From: Guillardia theta CCMP2712
Taxonomy: Eukaryota; Protista; Cryptophyta
Length of the DNA stretch: 64,000 bases
Reading direction: 5' to 3'
Assembly (NCBI RefSeq): GCF_000315625.1
Contig: NW_005434641.1
Coordinates: 449,113 to 513,112 of the forward strand
The notes below the pieces were generated by a model. That model was given only the letters and a program-made list of their open reading frames with translations, made no database searches and had not been told where the DNA came from. Positions within the stretch are counted from its first letter, which is position 1. Every line of letters starts with the position of its first letter. This document shows, one piece after another, positions 1 through 11,905 of this stretch. The translations under genes were made by a program, and so were the position numbers.

Positions 1-1404
1 TCCCACCTCTACCAATCTCCCCTTCCTTACCTTGACATGGCTCCAATCGGGCTCTCGTGGCTGTAGAAGTTGGTTGTGCTGGGAGAAGGACGTGAGTCTA
101 CTGCGGGGGGAAGGGGCAGAGCTCGCCCTCACCTTGTTGAGTTCATCGGAGGATGCAGGTCCTCCGGAGCTGAAAACGGGGGGTTCTGGTGATGGGCAAA
201 GTTGGACTGATTGGCACGCAGCCCGTTGGCCAGGCTGACGAGGTGAGCGAAGCGGCTGTCAATGATGGAAGCGAGTTTGTCGAGCTTCTTCTTGCCGTTG
301 GGGGTCCTGCATCGACGTCAGTCAGGAGGAGGGAGAAGGAGGAGGAAATAGCATCTCCTACCTGCACAGCGTGTGGATGCTCTCCTTCTGAGCGAGGGTG
401 CCGTCCTCGATCAGTTGGATCCCGCTCTTGGGCTCATCGTCCAGCGCCTTCATCATGGGCTCGCACAAGTCGGGGGCCTGGAGGAGAGCGCGGTCGTACT
501 CCTCCGCGCTGATGGGGGCGAAGGACATGGCGACTTTGCAGACTCTGCCAGCTGAGTCGTAGAGCTTCTTCGTCGTCGAGCGCACCAGAACGCCCTCCTT
601 GTGGCCCTGCTTGAACAGGTTCTTGGAGAACCGCAGGTAGTGGACTACTGTCGGGTTGCTCATGCACAGCAGGTCTTCCAGGATCATGCACAGGTATCGC
701 AAGTCTGTTGTTGGAATCCTCCCGTCATTCCCCGCCATCTTCGCGAGCCATTCCTCCCGGCTCAACCCAAAGAAATCGGCCATGACCGCGTTGCAGTTTA
801 CGCTAGTCCGCTTTTGCAGGATGGGGTCCCAGGTGAAGCACTGATAGCCCAGGTTCGTCGAGTCCCACCCGCTCGTGTCAGTCGAGAACATGGCGTTTGC
901 ACAAGTGTCGTTCATTAGCTGGTGACCTGAAGGGACGTCCATCACGTGGTTCATCGATGCCATGGTCTCCACGGCAGACACAGCGTTTGCGATGGAGGTC
1001 TGGAGGGAGCTCGGCATGGCATTGAAGATAGCTTCAAGGTCGTTGGCAACGAAGCTCCACTCCCACACGAGCCGCAGGATCCTCTGAGGTAGCTTGCCGA
1101 CGTCGGTATCCCTGAACGCAACGTCATTGTAGATGAGCATCACCCCATCCTTCATTGCGATCTGAGAGCTCTCGACCTGCTCTTCCGGCTCAATGGCCGT
1201 ATCCTGCCCAGAGCAGAAGATTCCTTTCGCAATGCACCTCTTACACGGCCGCGAGTCCTGGCACTTGGCCTTAGCGCTCCTACAAGCATCACACGCCTTC
1301 TTGGTAGGATGACGGCTCGACGAGAGCCATCTCCTCATCTTGTAGAGGTTGCCGGGCTTGTTCCAGTACTCTGGATCGAAGGGTTCATCGCTCCTTCTCT
1401 TCAT
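1..1404 (-). CDS. Zn2Cys6 zinc-cluster transcription factor with a PAS-like region; multi-exon, 3' end runs off the window
   Basis: ORF 358-1404 contains CDACRSAKAKCQDSRPCKRCIAKGIFC (Cx2Cx6Cx5Cx2Cx6C). The reading frame continues through GT-AG introns into exons at about 133-306 and 32-100. Confidence 0.85.
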
Positions 1405-2587
1405 GCTGCTTCTGCCCTGTTCGAGTTTTGCTGATTTTCTATATATATGAATGGCACCAACCCGCTCAGGTTCCGCTGTGAGCGAAGAGGGAGTGATGGA
1501 GGAATGGAAGGAGAACTGGCAAGGAACGGAGAGAGCGAAGCAGGGAACGGGGAGTGAGAGGAGGGGAGAGTGCGAGGGGAGGGAGAGGGGGGAGGCGACG
1601 GGGGAAGGGGGGGAGGGGGGTGGGGGAGGGGGAGGGGGAGGGGGAGGAGATGGGATAGGAACGAGTGAAGGGTGGAGGACGGAGGGAGACGGGAGTCAAT
1701 TTATTCCAGGCAGGGATTTAACTACCCCCGCATCACCCTACCCACCCTCTCTTCCACCCTCCGGACTCAGCACCCTTCCCATGGGGCCAGTACCTCGAAA
1801 TTGAGGGATGAGAGCAGGTGGGGTCCATTTTTGGCTGGTATGTTCCTTCATGGTGGGGTAGTCAGTCTCAGGGGTCCTAAATACCCGTCCATTCTCATTG
1901 CTCCTCTAAATCGGAGGGGTAAAACAGACCAACTTCATTATTGGGACTTCATGTGGTGGGTACTGACATATGAATGTAAGGGGTATACAAATGAAAGTAC
2001 CGGTGTATTGATAGAGGTAGGTAGGGGTGGACTACCACCCTACCTTTTATACCTTGATTGTTTCTTTGCTCTCAAAAGTACCGGTCATCCAGAACTCTCC
2101 ATACTTTTCAGAGGGTGACTTGGGGTACATTCCTCCTATTCTCCCAACGTGATCCTTTACAGGTGGTAGGGGTACCGAGTTGACCGGTGGTGAGGGAATT
2201 GAGGACCGGCTGACTCAAGGGAACGGAGGGTGATACATTACTTCCTTTGATAAGTAACTTTTATGTTACAAACTTGGTACCATGAAATATGATATTTGTA
2301 CTAATATTTTTACTCAACTAAATTATGGTAATATTCGCTAGGTAGTTTTTTTGAGGTGTGTGGGGAAGCCATACTCATATCCCACAGGAATGTTTCGACT
2401 CTCATTTGTCTAATGGCGTATAAAATTTGAGGCAAATAATTCAATATGTGAAAATTCAGAGGAATTGCCTTTCAGATTACCAAATTACACCTTGAAAATT
2501 AATATTTTTCCGACACTCGTTCGCCATTTAAGAATGGGTCTGTACTCGTTCGGAGTAAACAATCTTGGTCAGCATCGTCATCTTATC

Positions 2588-3320
2588 ATGTTTGAATCTC
2601 GAGATTGCAATGCTGGGAACGTGGTAAACTTGGTACTCTGCGGCTGTACAGCAGCACCTGCGACTAACTGATGACATCGCTTGACCTTTTCAGGCTGCAA
2701 CCCTCTGTTAGAAACAACGAAATAGAGTCTCTTCGTGATTTTGTTCATGAAAATCTCGGTCATCCAGGTGACCCACCGTGGATTCCAGGCGTTTCGCGCT
2801 CGTTCCGACCTTCTAAACAGCTCAAGGTGCTAAATACCAGTACCCCTAGTTATTCCCAGGAATAATGGTGGGTACTACCACGGTCAATCTGAAGGAGCCA
2901 GCGCCGACTCTTTACCATGTTACGTGATATGATCTCAGAAGTCAACGGTTCAGAACCGGCAAAAACTACTTTAGGCCGCGTGTTGTGAAGAGTTGCTATT
3001 TCTTTCGTCAGCACCCCTTCTATCCCTAGTTGCTGTTGAGGGGTTGCGCATCGACGTGCACAAGTAGTAAAGATCTCTTACTATAGAACATCGACTCACT
3101 TCTGGAAGGAAATCAAAAACCTCTTCCTCTTTTTACTACATGTCATCGGACTGAGTAACCTTGCGGTATCTGGATGTTCGCTGTCAGCTCCGCAGCGATC
3201 CGTTGTGATTTTCAATATTCTCGTGCGTTGTAGATGATGCAGGGATATGGAAGCGACTCTTCTGAGGTCTGGGAAATGTCAGCACTGACCCTACAATGGA
3301 GGGTATGGAGTTATGAGTAA
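2588..3320 (+). other. Possible short spliced transcript, hypothetical gene or long 5' leader
   Basis: Splice-like signals are present (GTAAAC donor at 2624, GACTAAC branch site, CAG acceptor at 2693, further acceptors), but I could not assemble a continuous ORF. Confidence 0.25.
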
Positions 3321-3508
3321 CGTGATTATAAGCATGACATTTTCCCATTCTGATCGATGGGTAGAGGGTTAGAAAATGGTTTAGATTGGTTTAGACTTGT
3401 CTGATCTAAACTAACGGACTTGAGTCTTCGCCGAGTCGTTGAAGGTTGGAATTTGATGCCGAGCAATGGGGAGCAGCAGCAAGGAGAAGGGGGGGAGCGC
3501 GGTAGAAA

Positions 3509-4978
3509 ATGCTGGAAATGATGATGTCTAATCATGTCATGGGCGATAGTGGTCATCCTTTCATCTTGTCAACTTGTTTTTGCTCATCTGGTTATGTTCT
3601 GATCATGTCCTCTTGTTCCTTGCCCCTGCTGATTTCGTTTGACAGATTCTCTGCTGGCATGTGCTTCAATGCCATTGAAAAGACCCGCATAGACTGATAG
3701 TCCAACACTCCACCCTCAAGCCCGTCCTTTCAATGCCCACAGCATGCGAGTGGATGCAGGGCCAGCGTGCGCATCGCAAGGGGAAGAACCGCTTTTGGAA
3801 GCAGCAAAAAGTTTGGGGAGGAGGGACGTGGAAGACTAAGGTTGGTTACCAGCCTCCTTCCCAAGGCTGCCCTGGCTCATTTCTCACCCGGGACGGTAGA
3901 GCATGGACACCGGGCCCAGGACGATATTCGGAAGGGAACCCGATGGAGAGCAGCGTGCGGTACGATCGTCTCAAGTTCTCTAAGACCCACTCGCTGCTTG
4001 ACGAACAGAAGAGGAGGTGGCCGGGCGACAGCTGCCCGATGGCTTGGCAGCCTGCGGGAGTGATCGTGAACCCCGCTCGAGGGTTCAGCATGGGCAGTGG
4101 GTGCGGGCCAGGAGAGTGCTGGATGAGAGAGGTGGAGAGGAGGAGCAGGATAACCAGCTTCGGCTTCAACTACCGGGACATCGCTCCTGATCTTGTCATC
4201 GGCGAGCACGCAAAGACGTCTCGAGCTGGCCCGCAGGGCTCTGTCTTCCATGCTGCTGGTGGGAATGAGAGCTGCGAGGGAGGAAGGGAGGGGGATGGGG
4301 GTGGGGAGCGTAAGGGGAAGGAAGCGTGTGGGCTGGGGGTGATCGTGCATGGCAGGGGGAGGGCTCGCTGGAGTTGTTATGCAGCCCGACTGGTATGAGG
4401 TGCAGGTGAAAGAGACGCCTGGGCCGGGGCACTACGGCTCGGACTACACGTATAGGTCAGGCAGAAGTGTGAGAGAGAGGGAGATGGGGGCGAAGGGTGA
4501 GGGTGAAGGATTGAGAGAAGGGGAAGGGGGCAGGAGGGCGATAAGGGGGAAGGGAGAAGATCGTTGAGCCGTGCATGGCAGCAACATAGGGACGCGAGAC
4601 AATGCTCTCGCGCGTCTCTCCTCCAAGGAGACTCCGCCCGCCTTTGGTTTCGGTGAGGGAGGCCGTCCGCAAAGAGGAGCGGACGGTGATGTTGCGGCAG
4701 GATCGTCAGAAAGGGGAGAGGACTACTCGAAGAGGAGTCATGAGGTCCCGGGCCCGGCCTCCTACCGTCCACAAGCTCTCACGGTGCTGCTGATGGCTCC
4801 AGCTTCGAGACCTTCCTTTGTGACTTGTGAGCAGTGGATCGGCGGGCATGGGCAGAACAAGAGCCTTCGGGTCAGAGGTGAGAGGATGTGACGATGCCCT
4901 TCCTGCCCCTTATGTCCGGCCACAGGTGGAGCCTTCGGGAAGGAGAACCGCTGGCCCATGCGGAACCAAAGCAGATGA
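3509..4978 (+). CDS. PGPG-repeat (SHIPPO-1/ODF3/STPG-like) flagellar protein; multi-exon, start uncertain
   Basis: Repeated TPGPGRY, TPGPGHY and VPGPASY motifs with FG motifs (TAFGSSKKF, PAFGFG, GAFGKENR). Intron 3841-3899 restores the frame. Stop TGA at 4976-4978. Confidence 0.75.
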
Positions 4979-5099
4979 GCAGCGATAGGCCCTGAGGATA
5001 GGATCAGGGTCACAGGTTCCGGGTTCAAGTAGGACTTGACTCCGTGGCAGCGAACTAGCCGAACATTGAACCCTGCCATCGCCGGGACGTGAAAGTTGA

Positions 5100-5950
5100 T
5101 CCGATCCTGAGATCGGACAGGCCCTGATGGAGCCTGCCCGGCCGCTTTGACTCGCCGACGCAGTCATCCTTATCATGTACTACTGGCTAACGGTTATCAC
5201 ACGAGTGGCATCGTCGCCAGTGAAGCGGGAGGCTTCGCCGCCGGAAGCCTCTGCACTGCCACCGGCCGGGCCGAACCCGTTGGTACGGTCGGCCCGGGTT
5301 GCCGCGTACGGTACTAGGCGGTATAAAGTACTACTGTCACCCGTCAGGGCGACGGCCGCCGACTCGGCGCAGTGACCGCAGCCTGTGCCGCGGCCACTGC
5401 AAGGCTGCCATGCCACAATCAACTTGGCAATCATCGGTTGCTGACTGAGTTGGCCGCGTGGCAGTGGCTCTCGGAGGGCCCCGGGCCTCAGCGGCACAGG
5501 CCTGGCACGGTACCGGGGCGGCCGGTACGGTCCCAGGCCCACCGTCACGGGCGTGACAAACTTGAAAGTTGCCGCCGGGGTACTACCGTATGGTCCGAAG
5601 TAGATTAGAGACTCCGACATCTGAAATTATCTGGTACTGATTTTCAAACAAAGCTACCACCCCATATTTCATATCGACTACCCTGTCACTCACACAAAAC
5701 TTAACCGGTTGCCGTATCCGAAGTTGGCAAACTTGAAACCGGAGCCTCCCGGTGGTCACCGGGTAGGCACCCGGCGGCGGCCCGGGCCACTGGCTTCAAC
5801 ACGGCGGTGACGGTTGAACCGGGGCCCGCCACCCCTTCAGGGGCCACTGGGCCAGCACTGAACCGTCGGCCCGGACGGTCGCTGGGGCCCGGGCCGTGCG
5901 GCCGACCGTAACCGGCCCCCCCGGGCCGATTTTTGCTTCGATCTCATACA
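5100..5950. promoter_or_regulatory. GC-rich palindromic intergenic block (CCGG/ACGGT/ACTGAGT/AACTT vocabulary)
   Basis: No credible ORF. Many short perfect hairpins (5101-5116, 5229-5251, 5544-5557). The same motif vocabulary recurs at 21560, 52600 and 60780. Confidence 0.5.
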
Positions 5951-5975
5951 GCCCGCATCAGTCCCGCACGCGGAG

Positions 5976-6908
5976 ATGGCGGACGTGGCGGCATGCATGA
6001 AGAAGGCGGAGGAGGCGGAGGAGAAGATCGCGAGGTGAGGAGGAGGAGGAGGAGGAGGAAACGAAGACGAAGAAGAAGAAGGAGAGAAATACTATGCAAA
6101 TAAGTTCAGAGGCGATCGGCAGATGTGATTTACTGGAGGATAAGTGGCGGAGAAATGAGGGTGGTGGAGATAATGATGATGATGGTTGTAAAAGTTGCGA
6201 GCTATGCACTTAACAGCAGAGATTGAATTGAACATCCCTGCTTTCAACAGAGAAGATGGGTGTTGAAAGAGAGAGGAAGGGAGAGGTTCCAGACAGAATT
6301 TCATCGATGGCCTTCATACTATGAAATGTGTGTTGCTCCAAGTGACTCTGGTTACTTGACTTGCAGGCTGAAGGAGACGGTGAAGGAGATCAGTGCGCTG
6401 CTAGCAGAAACCAGCTCCAGCGCTCCTTCCCAGGATGAGGGCCCAGCCTTGCAGAAGGTTCAGAAGGAGATGCTGGACAAACTCCGCGTCCTTCGTGCGA
6501 CGCTGGAAGAAGAAAGGGCGCCCCTGAAGAGGCTGAAGGAGGAGCGGGACCAGGCAAGGCCTCCCTCATGATGACTCATGCTCCCTCTTGCGTGCTGTTG
6601 AACCTTTCCGCCTCCCAACGCCTTCTTGCCCTGCGCTAGATCGCCTCATCCCTCCCTCCCCTGACCTTGTGGTTCCTGCTGTGTTGTCCTCGGAGGGGTT
6701 TTCACTTCCTCCCCTGACTCTTCTTCTTCCTCAGGCGGTCGAGGGCCACAAGCTGCTGGAGGAGCAGAACGCCAAGATGGCGTACCGCATCAAGCACCTC
6801 CTTCGTGCCATCGACCCCTCCTTCGCTGCTTCGGTAGAGGCCTCAAGCGCTCCTGTGGACCTGTCGGTGAGGAAGGGAAGCTGCTTAGCTGGAACGGTGT
6901 GGAAGTAG
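5976..6908 (+). CDS. Small coiled-coil protein (139 aa) resembling the ArgRS/AIMP1 N-terminal leucine zippers
   Basis: Exons 5976-6034, 6367-6553 and 6735-6908 join in frame; the second intron is GC-AG. Motifs MKKAEEAEEKIARLKETV and LLEEQNAKMAYRIKHLLRAI. Confidence 0.75.
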
Positions 6909-7600
6909 AGGAAGGGTGAGAGAAGGATGGCAAGGAGGAGGATGGTGAACATGCGGCGAACGTTTAATGCACGACAACTTAAGCAGATGATGTTGAAAAG
7001 ACGAGAGGAGCAGAGCACGCGCTTGTCTCCAGCTCGATCGGAAGAGAAAGAGAGCTATCAGTCTCTTGCCCCTGCGGTCAGTTGCACAGGCGGAGCAGCC
7101 ACAGCTGCCGGGATGGGAGGGCAGGAGGAGCATAGCTCAAAGAAAAATGAGCAGACGAGATCGGACGAGAAGACACCTCGTCGTTGTCCTCGTCCGCCTT
7201 GTGATTGTCTTCATCGTTCATATCCTTGCAAGAAGCTGGCTATCTTGCATGCCTTCATGTCCTCTCGATCTGAAACGGATCGCTGAGTCTGCTGCTTCAT
7301 GTCATATTGTCTCTGCTGGCTGATTGCTGAGACTCGCTGCTACCCACAGCAGTCGACTTGAGGAAGAACAAAGTCGCGAGGGAGTCTCTGTTTGGCTTCC
7401 TGGCAGTCTCGCCCGTTCAATCTCATCCTCCTCCATTCATGCGCGAGGAATTCACTGGTTCCCATCTCTGAGGACCTGCTCCTCTTTCCCGCATCGCCAT
7501 CACAAACAGGACGAGGCCGTCGGCTCTTCATGTGAGATCGTCTCTTCCAAACCCTCCCGGGTTCTGAGCTGCTTTGAGATTCTTCTCTTCCTTGTCACCT

Positions 7601-10600
7601 TCAGTAGTAGCGTCCCTGCGACGACTGCGACTGCGACTGCGACTGCGACCCTCGCATGTTCTGTGTCGCCATGTTCTGCGATCGCATGTCGAACCCGTCC
7701 TGACTCATGCCCAGGCTCAGCTTGTCTCCGAACTGCTGGCTGAACTGACTCATCCCAGCCTGCGAGTTGTACATCGAGCTGCCCTGCGAAAGAGCCTCCT
7801 GCGTCTGCATGTTTCCTCCCCCGTAGAAGTCCATCCTATTGTTGGGGGGGCCTGAGCCTCCGGCGAAGTTCAAGCCAGGAGGAGGGCCATCGAAGGAGTA
7901 CGGGACAGCTCTCCGGTCATACTCCGGGTCTCTTCCTCCTTCTCGCCTGCCCTCAGCGTTGGGTCCGCCAGCCTCACGTCGATCGTTGTAGAACTTGTGA
8001 GGCTTCTGGAACTGCATCATGCTCTGCTTGAGGTTGTTGAGAGGGCCCTCGACCAGGCACTCGTGCTGCTTGAAGTGGCACAGCAGGTTGTTCCACAGGG
8101 GCTGCTTGGCAAGGACCTTGGGGTTCCCTAGGATGACAACTCCGTACCTCGCTCGGGTCAGGGCAACGTTGAGGCGCCGGGGGTTGTTGACAAATCCGAT
8201 GCTCTTGCCCTCGTTGGAGCGAACGCAGGAGAGGATGATGAAATCCTTCTCTCTGCCCTGGAACGCGTCCACACTCGCCACCTCGAGCTCGTTGTAGAGC
8301 TGCTTCCTCAAGGATCCGTTCCTCGACATGTACTGCACGATGTAAGCTCTCTGACCCTCGTACGGGGTGATGATGCCGATCTGTTCCGGGACCACTCCTC
8401 CTTTCAGGAACCGCGTGACGATCTTCTCAACATTGGAGGCTTCAGTTCGGTTCAGGTAGGAAGTACCCGAGGCTGAGAGCTCCTCGGCGCCGGTCGAGAT
8501 GTAGAACATCATCGGCTTGGACGCGACAGGCCATGGGAAGTCGATGGCATGCGCGTGTCGCTCGGCGTGAGTGACCCCGTTCTGCAGTGTGCCCTCGTAG
8601 AAGGTGTTAGAGGGGAACTCACTCAGAATCGGGTGCATCCTGTACTGAACTTGCAGACGCACTGGCTTCACCCCGAGGTTGACCATCCTCTCGAAGAGCG
8701 ACTGCTGCAGCCCAGCCTTGGCAGCCTTCTTGCACATCACGACAGGCCCCAGCTGGCAGTGGTCTCCCACGAGCACGAGCTGCTTCGCTCCCATGGCGAT
8801 GGGGATGAGGCACTCCGGCTCCGTCGCCTGCGTGCACTCGTCGACCAGCACCTTGGTGAAGCGGAACCCGTTGAGCCTCGCGTCTCCTGCTCCGACGCAA
8901 GTGGTGCAGATGACGTCAGCAGCCATCAAAAGCTCTCTCTCAGTCGCGCGCTTGAGCTGCTCAGGCTGTCAGCACCTCGACAACCTCACTCAGTGGTCAG
9001 GACCTGCTTGTACTTCTTCTCGTCCTGGGTGGACAACTCGCCAAGCTCTTTCTTGAGCTGCTGTAGCTTTCGGAATTCCGCTTTGTCAGACGTGTCCAAG
9101 TGTTGCACCTGGTCAAACAATGAGCAACAAAGTAACTGCAGTCCTTCATCTCTAACTTGGTAGTGCAAGGTGAGTTGCTCAACGCTGGAGCCGATTGCTT
9201 CCCTGCTCTTCGCACACATGCGGACGACTTTCAGCCCCTGGCACCAGAACTCAGTCCAAGTTCCTATCGTATGACACCTGGCGCCTCACCGTCTTGTGGA
9301 TCTTCTCAGTCAGGTGATCCACAGCGACGTTACTGGGGGCAGTAACAAGCACCTGCCCATGGCCCATCCGAGAGAGATGGTAGACGATGCAGGCACTGGT
9401 GACGGTCTTGCCGGTTCCTGGGGGTCCCTGGATGACAGAGAGAGGTTGCTGCAGAACGCTTTTCACCGCAAACACTTGAGAATGGTTGAGCTCAGGAAGG
9501 CCAGGAGCGGAGAATCGATTGGGGAGAGAGCAACGAATTGGTTGCGGCTCCACGTCATGCCCAAGAAGGCGGTGATAGAGATAGCCGGACACTGAAGTCT
9601 CGTCCACAGCAAAGGTTCGCATCGCACTCTGCATGCGGTCATAAGTGGTGGACTTCCAGACAAACTCAACGCTGAAGCCATGGGTGGCCTCGATGGGCGC
9701 GTTGTTGCCATTCCTGATCTCCAGCGCGACCTCCTCGCTGCTGGGCTTCTCGATGACGTGACCAATGCTGCTCCACTGCTTGAGCCCGTCGTTGAACTTG
9801 AGCTTGAGCTCGTCTCCGGGCATCAACCGGATCTCTCCCTCGTCCTTGGCGAACATGAAGTAAGCAATGCGCTTGTTGTTCAGCCCAATGTCCCAATGCA
9901 CCACCAGGTCCTCCTTGGTCTGCTGCTCCTTCATCTGCTTGTCCGTGTCAGCTTCGTACTTGACCAGTGGGCCGAAGATGTTTTGGTACTGATAGGCGTC
10001 CTCAAACTGCATCGGAACTGGTGTCGGCTCATCGTCGATCCCAGGTTCGTCGAGGTCTTCCAGGTTTGCATCTGGCTTGTTCTTCCAGACTTCTTCCAAC
10101 TTAGAGAGCTGCGTGGCTGTGAGGAGACGAGCTCGCGATTGCTCGAACTGAGAAGGTGGCTTCACCAGCCATGGCAGGAACGACTTGTTGCTATCGATGA
10201 GCGGCAGCCACAGCGATAGGTCCCAGTTGCTGTCCTTCATCCCCCCCGCCTGCACGCACTGGCGACAGAGCAGCACAACAACCTGCTCTTGCTTTGCGGG
10301 GATGAATCCGAGCATGAAGACGTTTCTTTCTCCACAGTTGTAGCACTCGAGTACGGTCTCGCCAAGAGGGGAATCACGGTGCAAGGAGACCTCCTTCTGC
10401 TTTGATCTCACCAGATGGTTGACGATGCAGGAGCCGCTGAACTTGTTCCCTGAGCTGTTACAGAACCACTTCCCTGTCTTGATACATCGAACTACACACG
10501 AGGGATTGTGAATCCCACAGTAGGCGCAGGCATGCGCCGGGAGTTCCCTGCTCCCATCCTCGTCATGCAGCGCGTCGTCGTCAAAGGTCTCCTTGAAGTC

Positions 10601-10939
10601 CAGCTCGACCGTCCCCACATTCCCGTCCTGGTAGTTGCGATTATCCGCGTACGGCTGCTCTGAGTCTCCATCCACTGAGGGTTTGCTTCCGTCGGCTGCC
10701 CAGTCCGAGAAAGCGGGCTGCGAACTATCTTGCGACATGCCAGCGAACTCGTTGAAGTTGAACTCCACATCCGCCTCCGTGCCCTGGGTGTGTGAGAACT
10801 CGAAGAATTTGAAGTCCTGGCTTGCGTCCTCCTCCTCGTCGAAGAAGGACGCATCGAACTCTTGCGCTTGCGACGTGCTCAGCCCTGTCGTGTCTTGGCT
10901 GATCTCCTGCGAAAATGGCAGGCTAGCAGGGTTCGCCAT
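7601..10939 (-). CDS. UPF1: Regulator of nonsense transcripts 1 (UPF1) SF1 RNA helicase
   Basis: CH domain ([17 protein letters not shown]...KWFCN...LECYNCG), Walker [37 protein letters not shown] and [11 protein letters not shown] motifs, and SQ-rich termini. Three coding introns (about 9238-9289, 9109-9156, about 8957-9003) plus a 5' UTR intron. Confidence 0.98.
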
Positions 10940-11439
10940 TGTGTCCCTGCAAAACAAGACAGGTTAGCGTGGGCTACCTACAACGCTTGCACGAGGTGTG
11001 AGTGTTGATGATAGGGACCAGGAAGCAAGGAGGCACTAGCTGAGAAATTTTGCAGGAAGTTTGATCGACCGCAGGAAATGTGACTTTGGCATCAACTTAT
11101 CCTAACATGCTGCGCCTTCCTCGTCTATCCTCGACAGCCATAGCTCTGAAAAACTAGCCTCACACGACATATGCTGCCTCGTCGCCTCCCACCTCCTGGA
11201 TCGTGCTTCCGCTCCCTACCAATCTTTTTGCCCCCCATCATTCTGTTCCCTCCTCCCCTCCCCTCCCTTCCCCATCCCTGGCCCTGCTCTCTTCGCGTCC
11301 TCTTCCCCTTCCCCTCTCTCCACCTCGCCTCCTCCTCCTCCTCCTCTCTGCCGCCCCGCCCCCCCTCAAATCGTCCCTGCCATTCCCTCCCGCCATTTCA
11401 CGAGAGCGGCGGCAGACGCCTGCATCACTTAAAACCCTA

Positions 11440-11905
11440 AAACTTTAAATTGGTTTTACTTCATCAAAATCTACTTTTATATTTTCATTGTACGATTTTT
11501 TTCTCAAATCTTTTCATTGGTACTGTATTACAAAATATTATAGAAAATGATTTTTAATATAAGGAGATAAATTGTATAATGCCAAAAACAAATTTTTAGT
11601 CCCCGATTTTGGAAAACGTGTAAAACTGCAATTTGTATACTTAAAATAGTTTTAGAAACATTGAATTGATTTGATGGAATGCATACAACCCTGTTGCATT
11701 GGTAGATGAATATTATAGTAATCTGTATGAGATAAATAACTTTATATCGAAATATGATACCATTGCTATCCAGAATAATAGAGAAATAACAATGATAAAA
11801 ATATTCAATACAAATTAATTGTTTTAATTTGTACCATAGCTACTTGGTATAAAGCTTTATAAAACCGCCACGCACGTCAGGCTTTTCCCCCATGGCGCCA
11901 AAAGA
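11440..11905. promoter_or_regulatory. AT-rich bidirectional promoter region between UPF1 and GlnRS
   Basis: Sharp AT-rich island between head-to-head genes. CACGTCA near 11873 and an E2F-like TTTGGCGC on the minus strand at 11895-11902. Confidence 0.55.

Noticed and set aside
5100-5950. CCGG blocks as MITEs or structured RNA genes (tRNA/rRNA)
   Set aside because: No terminal inverted repeats, target-site duplications or long identity between copies seen; no tRNA cloverleaf or rRNA signature.
8549-9163. Antisense ORFs over UPF1 and over the LRR gene (58302-59045)
   Set aside because: Shadow ORFs caused by strong GC3 codon bias on the coding strand.
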